A DNA stretch of 64,000 nucleotides from an uncultured Pseudomonadota bacterium (GTDB lineage: Bacteria > Pseudomonadota > Gammaproteobacteria > Methylococcales > Methylomonadaceae). The translations under genes and the position numbers were made by a program. Each line of letters starts with the position of its first letter. The first letter of the stretch is position 1. The stretch covers positions 6,875 through 70,874 of the forward strand of contig CAIXED010000071.1 of assembly GCA_903918375.1 (NCBI GenBank). The letters run 5' to 3'. This document shows, one piece after another, positions 30,071 to 40,544 of this stretch. The notes below the pieces were generated by a model. It did no database searches, was not told the DNA's origin, and was given only the letters and a program-made list of their open reading frames with translations.

Positions 30071-30254
30071 AAATCACGAAAGGTTAGGCTGAAATTAGGC
30101 CTAGTTTATCCTGATTTTGCGCTATTTAACTTAAAGCCGAGTTGACGATAGCCGAGGCGATGGTATATTCCTATTCCTGTTGAAAGATGTTGTTAAGCAT
30201 CATTCATGTCGCCAAGCTGAAAATTATAATAATAACGGGGTGTGAAAGGCCTAA

Positions 30255-31778
30255 TTGGCCTTGAGTTACTCTAAAATGCCCTTGGGCATGTTTACAACAT
30301 CTAATAGATCAAGGATTATTCGTATGCAACCGCAAGATTATTTGCCGTTTTTTCAAGACCTGTTCATTCAAACTTATCAATCTACCCTCGAAAATCCAGT
30401 GTATGCCGCGTGTTTATCGGTGGCGGTATGGTTGCTGACAGCGATTTTTTACAGCATCAGAATTGGATTTTTAAATGGTCGAAACAAACGAGCAATCAAA
30501 ACCATTGCCGATATTAAGCAAGCTTTGACTGCAGCGGAGCAACAAGTCCAGCAAGCTCAAGACGAAATGCAAGCTCAACAGCAACAACTTGAGCAAAGCA
30601 CACAAAGCAATACCGAATTGAAAGAGCAATTAAAAGATATCGCCAGCCAATTAAGCTCCGCGATTCAAACTTTAGCCGCTAATCCCGATTTAGGTCAGCA
30701 AGGTTTGTCAGTTGGCCAAGGTTTATCAGCAGAAGCCTTGTTCCAGCGTTTTAATGCCGCTAATCAACAAATTTGTGAGCACTTGTTAGCGCAGCGCCAA
30801 AAACAAGCTGATTTAGAAGCCGATTTGCAAGCAGAGGCTGGTAAATTGGCTGACAAAGATCAACAAATTCAAACTATGCAGATCCGTCTTGATGCTCAAA
30901 GCCAGCAATTAGGTAATTTGACTTTAAGCATTGAAGATTTCAAACAGCAATTGAACCAACAACAGCAAGATGCTCAATTAAATGTTGCTCAGATCCAAAC
31001 TCAACATCAAGCCGAATTGTCAGCTTTGAGACAACAGTTACAACAAGCAAAACTGCAAGTGCCAGCGCCAGTTGTCGTCGAGCCGCCTAAGCCTGTCGTT
31101 CCGCCAGTGCCGGTTGCGCCTGTTACAGTTCAAGCCGTAACGCCAGCACCACTGATAGAAGTGAAACCATTGATTGCCGAGATTAAACCTGCGCCTGTCG
31201 TTTCAGAACCGGTTGTTACTGTCGCTCCACCTGCGGCTCCGGTAGAAAAAACAGTGCCTGTGCAAGCTAAGGCTCAGCCAGAAGCCAGCAAGCCTAAAGC
31301 TAAAGGCATGTTTGCCAGCGCCTTAAGCAGCTTTTCTAAGTTGGACAAAAAATTAGCAGGAGAGCCAACTCCGGTAGCTGAAGTTGAAACCGTTGCTACA
31401 AAACCAGTCAGCATTCCTGAGCCACAGCCGGTAGTTGAGAAGCCGATTGAGCCAGTGGTTGAGGCTGTTAAACCTGAACCGGTCGTTGTTGCCACCGAAA
31501 CCAAACCAAAAGCCAAGCCTGCAGTAGCAGCGAAAAAAGCCGACGGCAAAAGCAAAGGCTTTTTTGCCAAGGCGATGAACACCTTTGCTTCGATGGATCA
31601 AAAATTGGGTGGTACACCGAATGAAGGGGTTCAACCATTGGAAGAAGAAACTCCAGTGCTTGAAGCACAAGTTGTTGTTGAGGAAGCGCAAGCGCCAGTT
31701 GAGCCTGTCATTGCCGCAGCTCCGCAGCCTCAATCGGCAGCTAAAAAAGGTCTGTTCGGTAAGTTCAAGCGTAAATAA
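30255..31778 (+). CDS. Membrane-anchored coiled-coil / Pro-Val-Ala-rich protein of unknown function; start uncertain (alternative ATG at 30324, MQPQD...)
   Basis: It has one N-terminal TM, a Q-rich coiled coil and a PV-rich region, with three copies of a K-G-[FLM]-F-[AG]-K/S amphipathic motif. Confidence 0.5.
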   Translation: MALSYSKMPLGMFTTSNRSRIIRMQPQDYLPFFQDLFIQTYQSTLENPVYAACLSVAVWLLTAIFYSIRIGFLNGRNKRAIKTIADIKQALTAAEQQVQQAQDEMQAQQQQLEQSTQSNTELKEQLKDIASQLSSAIQTLAANPDLGQQGLSVGQGLSAEALFQRFNAANQQICEHLLAQRQKQADLEADLQAEAGKLADKDQQIQTMQIRLDAQSQQLGNLTLSIEDFKQQLNQQQQDAQLNVAQIQTQHQAELSALRQQLQQAKLQVPAPVVVEPPKPVVPPVPVAPVTVQAVTPAPLIEVKPLIAEIKPAPVVSEPVVTVAPPAAPVEKTVPVQAKAQPEASKPKAKGMFASALSSFSKLDKKLAGEPTPVAEVETVATKPVSIPEPQPVVEKPIEPVVEAVKPEPVVVATETKPKAKPAVAAKKADGKSKGFFAKAMNTFASMDQKLGGTPNEGVQPLEEETPVLEAQVVVEEAQAPVEPVIAAAPQPQSAAKKGLFGKFKRK

Positions 31779-31796
31779 AGCCCAATCAAGCCTTAT

Positions 31797-31873
31797 GGAT
31801 TTTCATTAAGTGCTGCTAAATGGTTGTAGTATTGGGAAATTCAAGACTTGGTTGGGGACATGATTGTCTTGTT
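31797..31873. repeat. Direct repeat copy A (upstream of rpn)
   Basis: GGATTTTCATTAAGTGCTGCTAAATGGTTG ... TTGGTTGGGGACATGATTGTCTTGTT. It matches copy B at 32995-33050 apart from a 21-nt insertion and a few substitutions. Confidence 0.85.
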
Positions 31874-31935
31874 ATGGCCACTTGCTCTGAGATGGTATCA
31901 AAAGGCCTTGAATAATTGCAGGCTATAATCAAAAC

Positions 31936-32922
31936 ATGAGTCAAGATCACGACAGCAGTTACAAATTTCTTTTTTCGAATCCAGAATTAGTTCGGGATTT
32001 GATCATGGGTTTTATTCCTGATGAATGGTTGCATAGCCTTGACTACACCACATTAGAGAAGGTGCCAGGCCATTACGTCAGCGAAGATTTTCAGCAACGG
32101 GAAGATGATATTGTCTGGCGAGTGAAAATCGGTGGTGATTGGTTGTATCTGTATTTGTTGCTGGAGTTTCAAAGCGGCGTCGACAAGTACATGGCGCTGC
32201 GGATGATGGTTTACATTGGTTTGCTGTATCAAGACCTGATTAAGCGCGGCGATGTGTTACCCGACGGGCGTTTGCCACCGATTTTGCCGATCGTTTTATA
32301 CAACGGCCAACCACGCTGGACTGCAGTTACCGACGTTTCGGAGTTAATTCCCGCCGTTCCCGGACTGGTTGAACAATTCAAACCCAAGCTGAAATATCTA
32401 TTGATTGATGAAAATGCTTACAGCGATGCAGAGTTGGCATCAGTCAATAATTTGGTGGCCGCCGTGTTTAGGCTGGAACACCCTGCTAATCCGCAAACCA
32501 TCAGTGAGTTATTAAGCGCATTGAATGACTGGCTGAGCGACAGGCCTGACTTACGACGCATGTTTGCCTTGTGGATACGGGCGACATTGATGAGAAAACC
32601 GGAGTACGGTATCGTGCTTCCCCAAGTAGATGATTTGCAGGAGATAAACGTTATGCTGGCACAACGACTAGAAGATTGGGCGCGTGGTTATCGAGCGGAA
32701 GGTCGGCAAGAAGGTCGACAAGAAGGCCGACAAGAAGGACTTCAAAAAGGTCGACAAGAAGGTGAGTTACTGGCGTTACAACGTTTGCTGTCACGGCGTT
32801 TTGGTGTAATTCCAGTGGATGTGACGGAAAGGATTTCAAAAGCGGCTTTGCCAGACATTGAGCTCTGGTTAGATCGGGTGATTGAGGCAAAACAATTGGC
32901 GGATGTATTTAACGATTCTTAA
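31936..32922 (+). CDS. Rpn family recombination-promoting nuclease / putative transposase (YhgA-like PD-(D/E)XK) with a DUF4351-like C-terminus
   Basis: The N-terminus is HDSSYKFLFSNPELVRDLI...DIVWRV...LYLLLEFQS. The C-terminus has EGRQEGRQEGRQEGLQKGRQEGE repeats followed by LLSRRFG.... Confidence 0.85.
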   Translation: MSQDHDSSYKFLFSNPELVRDLIMGFIPDEWLHSLDYTTLEKVPGHYVSEDFQQREDDIVWRVKIGGDWLYLYLLLEFQSGVDKYMALRMMVYIGLLYQDLIKRGDVLPDGRLPPILPIVLYNGQPRWTAVTDVSELIPAVPGLVEQFKPKLKYLLIDENAYSDAELASVNNLVAAVFRLEHPANPQTISELLSALNDWLSDRPDLRRMFALWIRATLMRKPEYGIVLPQVDDLQEINVMLAQRLEDWARGYRAEGRQEGRQEGRQEGLQKGRQEGELLALQRLLSRRFGVIPVDVTERISKAALPDIELWLDRVIEAKQLADVFNDS

Positions 32923-32994
32923 GTTTTACTAAGATTTTATTTTTGATCATCTCAGTTAAACGATAAAGGGCCAACCGGTCAGCAGTTGTCTTCT

Positions 32995-33050
32995 GGGTTT
33001 TCATTAAGTGCTAGCAAATGGTTGGTTGGGGGTGGCATGATTGTCTTGTT
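32995..33050. repeat. Direct repeat copy B (downstream of rpn)
   Basis: GGGTTTTCATTAAGTGCTAGCAAATGGTTGGTTGGGGGTGGCATGATTGTCTTGTT; see copy A. Confidence 0.85.
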
Positions 33051-33059
33051 GCGACCCAT

Positions 33060-33071
33060 TCCTGACGTCCA
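33060..33071. repeat. 12-bp direct repeat TCCTGACGTCCA, left copy, at the edge of the GC-rich cassette
   Basis: It is an exact match to 35570-35581 and contains the palindrome GACGTC. Confidence 0.9.
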
Positions 33072-33111
33072 AACCAAGACTGTTCCAATGACGGCCACCA
33101 AATTCGAGCCG

Positions 33112-35514
33112 TCATTCGCTATCGGCGACGTATTCGCACTTTGCAAAGGCTGTTCCGAGAACCGCCTGAATTGCGGGAATCAATTGATCTTTCTCAACTC
33201 GAGTAGCCCATTCGGACTGCTCAGGGATGTTACGTGCCTGGACCGTTCGAAGCGCAATTAAGACGCGTTGGAGCAATGGCAAAGACCTCGTTTCGATTGC
33301 CGCATTCACCCAATTATCGGCATGTGTCCACGAACGCGACAGCAAGTCGGCCATGGTCAGAGTGATAGGCTCTATGGGGCCTTGATCCTGACAGAGGACG
33401 CGGCCGAATTCGCCAATGTCGTGCTCTAAGTGGCCCAGTCCCTCCTCATTAGCCCGCATCAACGGGAACGGACACTGGCCGATCTGAAAAAGTAACCAAG
33501 CATCCATTCGTTGGCTGTCGTCGTCAACGACGGCGGTCGGCAGGCGCGCCAACTGTCCAAGGATCATCCATGGCGTTGTATTTGCATACATCCGCGATCG
33601 CTCAGCACCAAGGTCGACTGCCTCACCACGGACCTCGCCATAGCGGTCTGAGAGCCATGCCTTGCCGTCTTCGATCTTGAGGTAAATGACCTGACCGTCC
33701 CGTGTCGCCAAGCAGATCAGTGCCCGTTCCACGAGCTCTTCTTCAGGCTTGATCGAAAGCAGACCATCAATGATTCCGGAGTTGAATCCACCGGTCATGT
33801 CCGCGATGTTCCGGATCGCCTGGGCGCCCACGATGTCGCCGAGGTAAACTCCGGAAAGCTTCTGTCCCAGCCAAACGCCAGCGTCGTGTGGGTCAGCATT
33901 CGCCTGGCGTTCGAGTTCGGCGCCGGCGACGTCGGCTAGTTCAACGAGAAACGCGGCGGGAACGGTTGGCACAACGATGTCCTCGCCACAGGCGTGACGA
34001 TACACCCGCACCCAGCCTCCGCTTTTCAAATCGATCAGTGCATCTCGGGCTTCAGGCGAAAGAGCATCCTGCCGAATGACGAAGCCATTGGATGCAGCTA
34101 AGGCAAGTTCGGCTCGGCCAGCGTTCGTATCGGCTAGAGCGTCGCGAGCTAGCAGGCGGTAACCGCGTAAGAGAATTGCCTGCCCGGCATGAGCCTCGCG
34201 CGCAAAATCGACCAGATCGATGCCAAGCGCTGACGGCAGCAGCACTTCGCAGGACGGATCATCAAAGCGGGGATCGCGTGCGATCTTATCGTAGATGGTG
34301 CGCAGCACCCAGGGTGCGCGATAGTCTTCTGCATATTCTGATCCTTTGACAAAGGCGATTTTGTTATGCCGCAGGACTTGTTGCGCAGCCTGGAACTCCT
34401 CCAATCCAAGCGGGCCCAGTTCAATACCAGAGGCGTGCGTACCCAATCCCGTCAAAGTGCGCCCGTTGGGCGCCTTTATGAGACCTTCAGGTCGATCGGT
34501 AGTGATGATGACACGCAGATTCGTACCAGGGCCTATGCCTGCTAACTCCTCCAGATCCGCGGCCATAGAGGTGCCCGGATCGACGCTATCAATCGCTACG
34601 ACCAGAACCGGACCGGTCGAACCAGTCGACATCCGTCGGAGCCATTGGCGTGCATTGTTGGCCGAAAGGTTCCACTCGAGTTCGGCGGTGAATAGATTGG
34701 CCAACGACTGGAAAAGGCCTGGGCCTAAGCCACGCAGCATCAGCACGGCCAGTTCGTCGCTCTTGCTTGTCCTCAGAGCCAGTTCACGCAGGAGACTGGA
34801 CTTTCCCGTTGCTGGCGCACCTTCGACGATGGTGAAGGTTGGTCCATCCAGCAGAGTTTTGATCGCCCTGATCGTATCCAGCCGAGGGAATAACAGGTTG
34901 CTGGCGAACGGGCGGTTCGCCGCGCCGGGTTCGTTGGTCATCTCTTGCAGCAGCTTAGTTGTACTTGTGCGCACGATAGGCACCCAGACACCCGTTTCGC
35001 GCCCCATCAATGCCTCGATTGCCCACCGCATGTCGGCCGCGGCAATCTTGGCCGCGTTGGTGAGCAGACGCGCCACGGCGCCAGAGGCGTCGTCATCACC
35101 AGTCCATGCTTGGCCGGTGTTGGAGTCGTAAACTCGGGTTTCGCTGCCGTTTGTAACGACGACAAGAGGCGGCCGCGGTGTGAGTTGGTTGGCATAGCTC
35201 TGGGCCTGCTCGTAATCGTCGCGGGTGAGTGTCAGATCTTCGCGCTTTAATTCCAGCACTGCCAACGGGCGCTCATTGTGGAAAATCAGGATGTCGGCGC
35301 GACCGCTCTTTGTCCACTGGGCCGCACTGTCGAACTCGTGTGTAGCATGGCCGAGCCGCACAGTAAAGCGGCGCTGCTCAACTAATTGGTCACGCGGTAT
35401 GTTGGGAAACGCAATATTGAGAGCCGTAGCCAGTCGGCTTTCAAGTTCGGCTTCAGGGCGAACATCCAAGGCTGATTGTGGGGCTTCGTTATTTTTCTGT
35501 TGAGATTGGTCCAT
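33112..35514 (-). CDS. PD-(D/E)XK (HsdR_N/Mrr-like) nuclease domain fused to a STAND/NACHT-like P-loop NTPase and an unassigned ~450-aa C-terminal region
   Basis: It has GRADILIF...PLAVLELKRE...VVVTNGSETRVYD (D74, E88, K90), Walker A GAPATGKS (nt 34798-34821), Walker B VLVVAIDSVD, then RVIITTDRP. Codon composition is clearly GC-richer than the neighbours, and stop-free antisense ORFs are present. Confidence 0.6.
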   Translation of the reverse strand: MDQSQQKNNEAPQSALDVRPEAELESRLATALNIAFPNIPRDQLVEQRRFTVRLGHATHEFDSAAQWTKSGRADILIFHNERPLAVLELKREDLTLTRDDYEQAQSYANQLTPRPPLVVVTNGSETRVYDSNTGQAWTGDDDASGAVARLLTNAAKIAAADMRWAIEALMGRETGVWVPIVRTSTTKLLQEMTNEPGAANRPFASNLLFPRLDTIRAIKTLLDGPTFTIVEGAPATGKSSLLRELALRTSKSDELAVLMLRGLGPGLFQSLANLFTAELEWNLSANNARQWLRRMSTGSTGPVLVVAIDSVDPGTSMAADLEELAGIGPGTNLRVIITTDRPEGLIKAPNGRTLTGLGTHASGIELGPLGLEEFQAAQQVLRHNKIAFVKGSEYAEDYRAPWVLRTIYDKIARDPRFDDPSCEVLLPSALGIDLVDFAREAHAGQAILLRGYRLLARDALADTNAGRAELALAASNGFVIRQDALSPEARDALIDLKSGGWVRVYRHACGEDIVVPTVPAAFLVELADVAGAELERQANADPHDAGVWLGQKLSGVYLGDIVGAQAIRNIADMTGGFNSGIIDGLLSIKPEEELVERALICLATRDGQVIYLKIEDGKAWLSDRYGEVRGEAVDLGAERSRMYANTTPWMILGQLARLPTAVVDDDSQRMDAWLLFQIGQCPFPLMRANEEGLGHLEHDIGEFGRVLCQDQGPIEPITLTMADLLSRSWTHADNWVNAAIETRSLPLLQRVLIALRTVQARNIPEQSEWATRVEKDQLIPAIQAVLGTAFAKCEYVADSE

Positions 35515-35569
35515 GTATTTAGTGCTAAAAGCTATTTATTTGTTCGATCAATATGATGAGCGGGAATGC

Positions 35570-35581
35570 TCCTGACGTCCA
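35570..35581. repeat. 12-bp direct repeat TCCTGACGTCCA, right copy
   Basis: It is an exact match to 33060-33071 and lies 55 nt upstream of the start codon of the 800-aa gene. Confidence 0.9.
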
Positions 35582-35771
35582 GCGTCTCACTTTCAGGTGG
35601 AGCTGACCTTCGAGCGACCGCTTCAAACACTGTATGGATGACCGAAGATGGCCGTTAACAAGCATTCCGGTTAACCAACTTTTCACCAAACGGTGCAAAC
35701 TAAAAACAGTCGGCGTTGTGATTTCCACCCTTAGAATGCAAATAGCCGGTGTTTTAAACTATGTGCCTCTT

Positions 35772-36617
35772 TCACTTAGTATTTCGTGCCGCTAAGCGTG
35801 GAATATCGCTACTGATAAATAAAGCCGGATCGACGGCTTCCTTGTTTAAATAAACAATCCAATGTAAATGTGGGCCAGTCACTCGACCAGTCGCCCCGAC
35901 ACTGCCCAAGCGTTGACCTTGATAGATTTGCTGGCCATTGTGGACATCAATTTGGGTCATGTGTAGATAAACACTAATCAAACCCTGACCGTGATCTAAA
36001 AACACGGTATTGCCATTAAAGAAAAAACTCCCTGTGCCAATCACCTTGCCAGAAGCAGGGGCCATAATCGGGGTGCCAGCAACAGCGGCAATGTCTAAAC
36101 CGTTATGCGGTTGGCGTGGGACGTTATTAAAAAAGCGTTTCAAGCCAAATAAGCTGCTTAAACGACCATCAACCGGTGCCGTGAAATGAGTATCAGCAGG
36201 GCGTTGGCTCCAAGTGCTTTTAATCTGCTCCATACTGATTTTTTCCGACTCAATCCGTCTCAAGTCTTCCGGTGTCATTTCATCAACCATGCGTTTGTTT
36301 TCGATAGTTAAACGCTGTTCTGGATAATGTTTATCCAACACCATAAACGAGATTTCGCCATTGCCAGCACTGGATTCGACCATCAGCTTTTGTAAGCCCG
36401 GTGTCGCTGCTAATGGAATCCCAACCAACGCTAGCCATTGACCATTACGCTCGGTGACTAGAACGCGATTGCGATTGAAATAGGCGTTGGGGGCAGGGGA
36501 GCGACTGTCACCAAGGTTAATTTCGGCAACCCCACCTGGCACGGTTAAATTTTGTGGATAAGGATCGGCTTGGCTGAGCAGAGGAAATAAGCTCAGTAGT
36601 AGCAGTTTTTTAATCAT
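35772..36617 (-). CDS. M23 family metallopeptidase (LytM-type)
   Basis: It has a signal peptide, HNGLDIAA, and GATGRVTGPHLHW (the HxH motif). Confidence 0.85.
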   Translation of the reverse strand: MIKKLLLLSLFPLLSQADPYPQNLTVPGGVAEINLGDSRSPAPNAYFNRNRVLVTERNGQWLALVGIPLAATPGLQKLMVESSAGNGEISFMVLDKHYPEQRLTIENKRMVDEMTPEDLRRIESEKISMEQIKSTWSQRPADTHFTAPVDGRLSSLFGLKRFFNNVPRQPHNGLDIAAVAGTPIMAPASGKVIGTGSFFFNGNTVFLDHGQGLISVYLHMTQIDVHNGQQIYQGQRLGSVGATGRVTGPHLHWIVYLNKEAVDPALFISSDIPRLAARNTK

Positions 36618-37947
36618 GAATAATCTCTTTAACTTCGCTCAATACTTGGCCTTGAGCAAAACGAGTCAGCATCAAGTCGTTAATTGATAATTGTTGGCTG
36701 GATTTAATAATCTGTTGATTGTCTTGACGTTGGCTGATGGCGTAGCCGCGTTCCAAAGTTGCTAATGGACTGACTGCGTGTAAAGTCTGGCTGATAGCGG
36801 CTTGTCGAGTTTTTAAACGACTTATTTTCAGCTCAATTGAGCGTTCCAGCCGCTGCTGTAAATAGCTTAATTGCTGTTGATGGCTGTTGATTTGTTGGCT
36901 GGGTTGCCATTGTTTGAGTTGGTGATGACCAATCGCCAATTGTTGCTGACAGTCGCGCAATTTGTGTTGTATCGCTTGATTGATGCGTTGTTCAAATTCA
37001 TCTAAACGCTGGGCATTGCGCTGTAGTTTTTGGCCGGGATGTTGCTGTTGTAAGGCTTTATCTAGCCAAGCTAACTGTTGTTGGTGTTGTAATAAGCGGC
37101 GTTGGATTAATTGGCTTAACTGTTTTTCAAGCGCATCAAACGCATTCAGCCATGCTTCTTGGTGGGGAACCGCATGTTCGGCAGCGGCAGATGGCGTGGC
37201 CGCACGTAAATCAGCCACAAAGTCGGCGATGGTGACATCGACTTCGTGGCCGACCGCAGAAATCACCGGAATCTCGCTGGCGGCAATTGCTCTGGCGACA
37301 ATTTCTTCATTAAACGCCCATAAATCCTCTAAGGAGCCGCCACCCCGCGCCAAAATGATCACATCGACTTGCTTGTGTTGATTGGCAGTCGCCAACGCTT
37401 GAGTAATTTCAAATTTGGCGGTTTCTCCTTGAACAGCCACCGGATAAATCAACACCGGAATCGCCGGAAAACGACGTTTGAGCACCGTCAAAATATCATG
37501 TATCGCCGCGCCAGTCGCTGATGTAATCACGCCAATTTGTTTGGGAATTAAGGGTAGGGCTTGTTTGCGTTGTTGATCGAACAAGCCTTCTTGCAGTAAT
37601 TTGGCTTTGAGTTTTTCAAACGCTAAACGTAAAGCGCCATCACCGGCTTCTTCGAGATGATCCACGACTAATTGATAATCACCTCGCGGTTCGTACAAAC
37701 TGACTTGTGCGGTGGCAATGACTTGATTGCCATTGCTGGGTTTAAAGCGTAAACGTTGCTGTTGGCCTTTAAACATCGCACAGCGAATTTGTGCTTGCGA
37801 GTCTTTTAAAGTGAAGTAAATATGGCCGGAAGCGGGGATACTGAGATTGGAGATTTCGCCAGCCACCTGCACATTTAAAAAGTGCGTGGCCAATAAGCGT
37901 TTGGCTTCGCGATTAAGCTGGGAAACGCTGTAAACAGTGTCTTGCAT
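36610..37947 (-). CDS. xseA: Exodeoxyribonuclease VII large subunit
   Basis: It has an N-terminal OB-fold (VSQLNREAKRLLATHF..V.V.GEISN), the RGGGSLEDLWAFNEE motif and a C-terminal coiled coil. Confidence 0.9.
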   Translation of the reverse strand: MQDTVYSVSQLNREAKRLLATHFLNVQVAGEISNLSIPASGHIYFTLKDSQAQIRCAMFKGQQQRLRFKPSNGNQVIATAQVSLYEPRGDYQLVVDHLEEAGDGALRLAFEKLKAKLLQEGLFDQQRKQALPLIPKQIGVITSATGAAIHDILTVLKRRFPAIPVLIYPVAVQGETAKFEITQALATANQHKQVDVIILARGGGSLEDLWAFNEEIVARAIAASEIPVISAVGHEVDVTIADFVADLRAATPSAAAEHAVPHQEAWLNAFDALEKQLSQLIQRRLLQHQQQLAWLDKALQQQHPGQKLQRNAQRLDEFEQRINQAIQHKLRDCQQQLAIGHHQLKQWQPSQQINSHQQQLSYLQQRLERSIELKISRLKTRQAAISQTLHAVSPLATLERGYAISQRQDNQQIIKSSQQLSINDLMLTRFAQGQVLSEVKEIIHD

Positions 37948-37975
37948 AATGAGTGTTTACAGCGTTTTGTCGCAA

Positions 37976-40475
<2,500 letters not shown>

Positions 40476-40544
40476 TTTGTTGTGTCCTAATCGCAGAAAA
40501 CGCCCCGACCACGGAGCGTTTGCTTAATACGATGAAAGATGAGC

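Noticed and set aside
32698-32766. Short tandem repeats as a possible CRISPR or minisatellite
   Set aside because: The units are 12 nt, contiguous, in-frame and inside the rpn coding sequence, with no spacers.
34346-35131. A 261-aa plus-strand ORF, with several others (33888-35503), antisense to the 800-aa gene
   Set aside because: They are Arg/Ser/Pro-rich with no motifs, and all are nested in the GC-rich gene. Stop-free antisense frames are expected in GC-rich coding DNA.
35525-35728. A 67-aa minus-strand ORF between the cassette and the M23 peptidase gene
   Set aside because: It spans the 12-bp repeat and the cassette promoter region, and has no RBS or motif. It is more likely noncoding flank.
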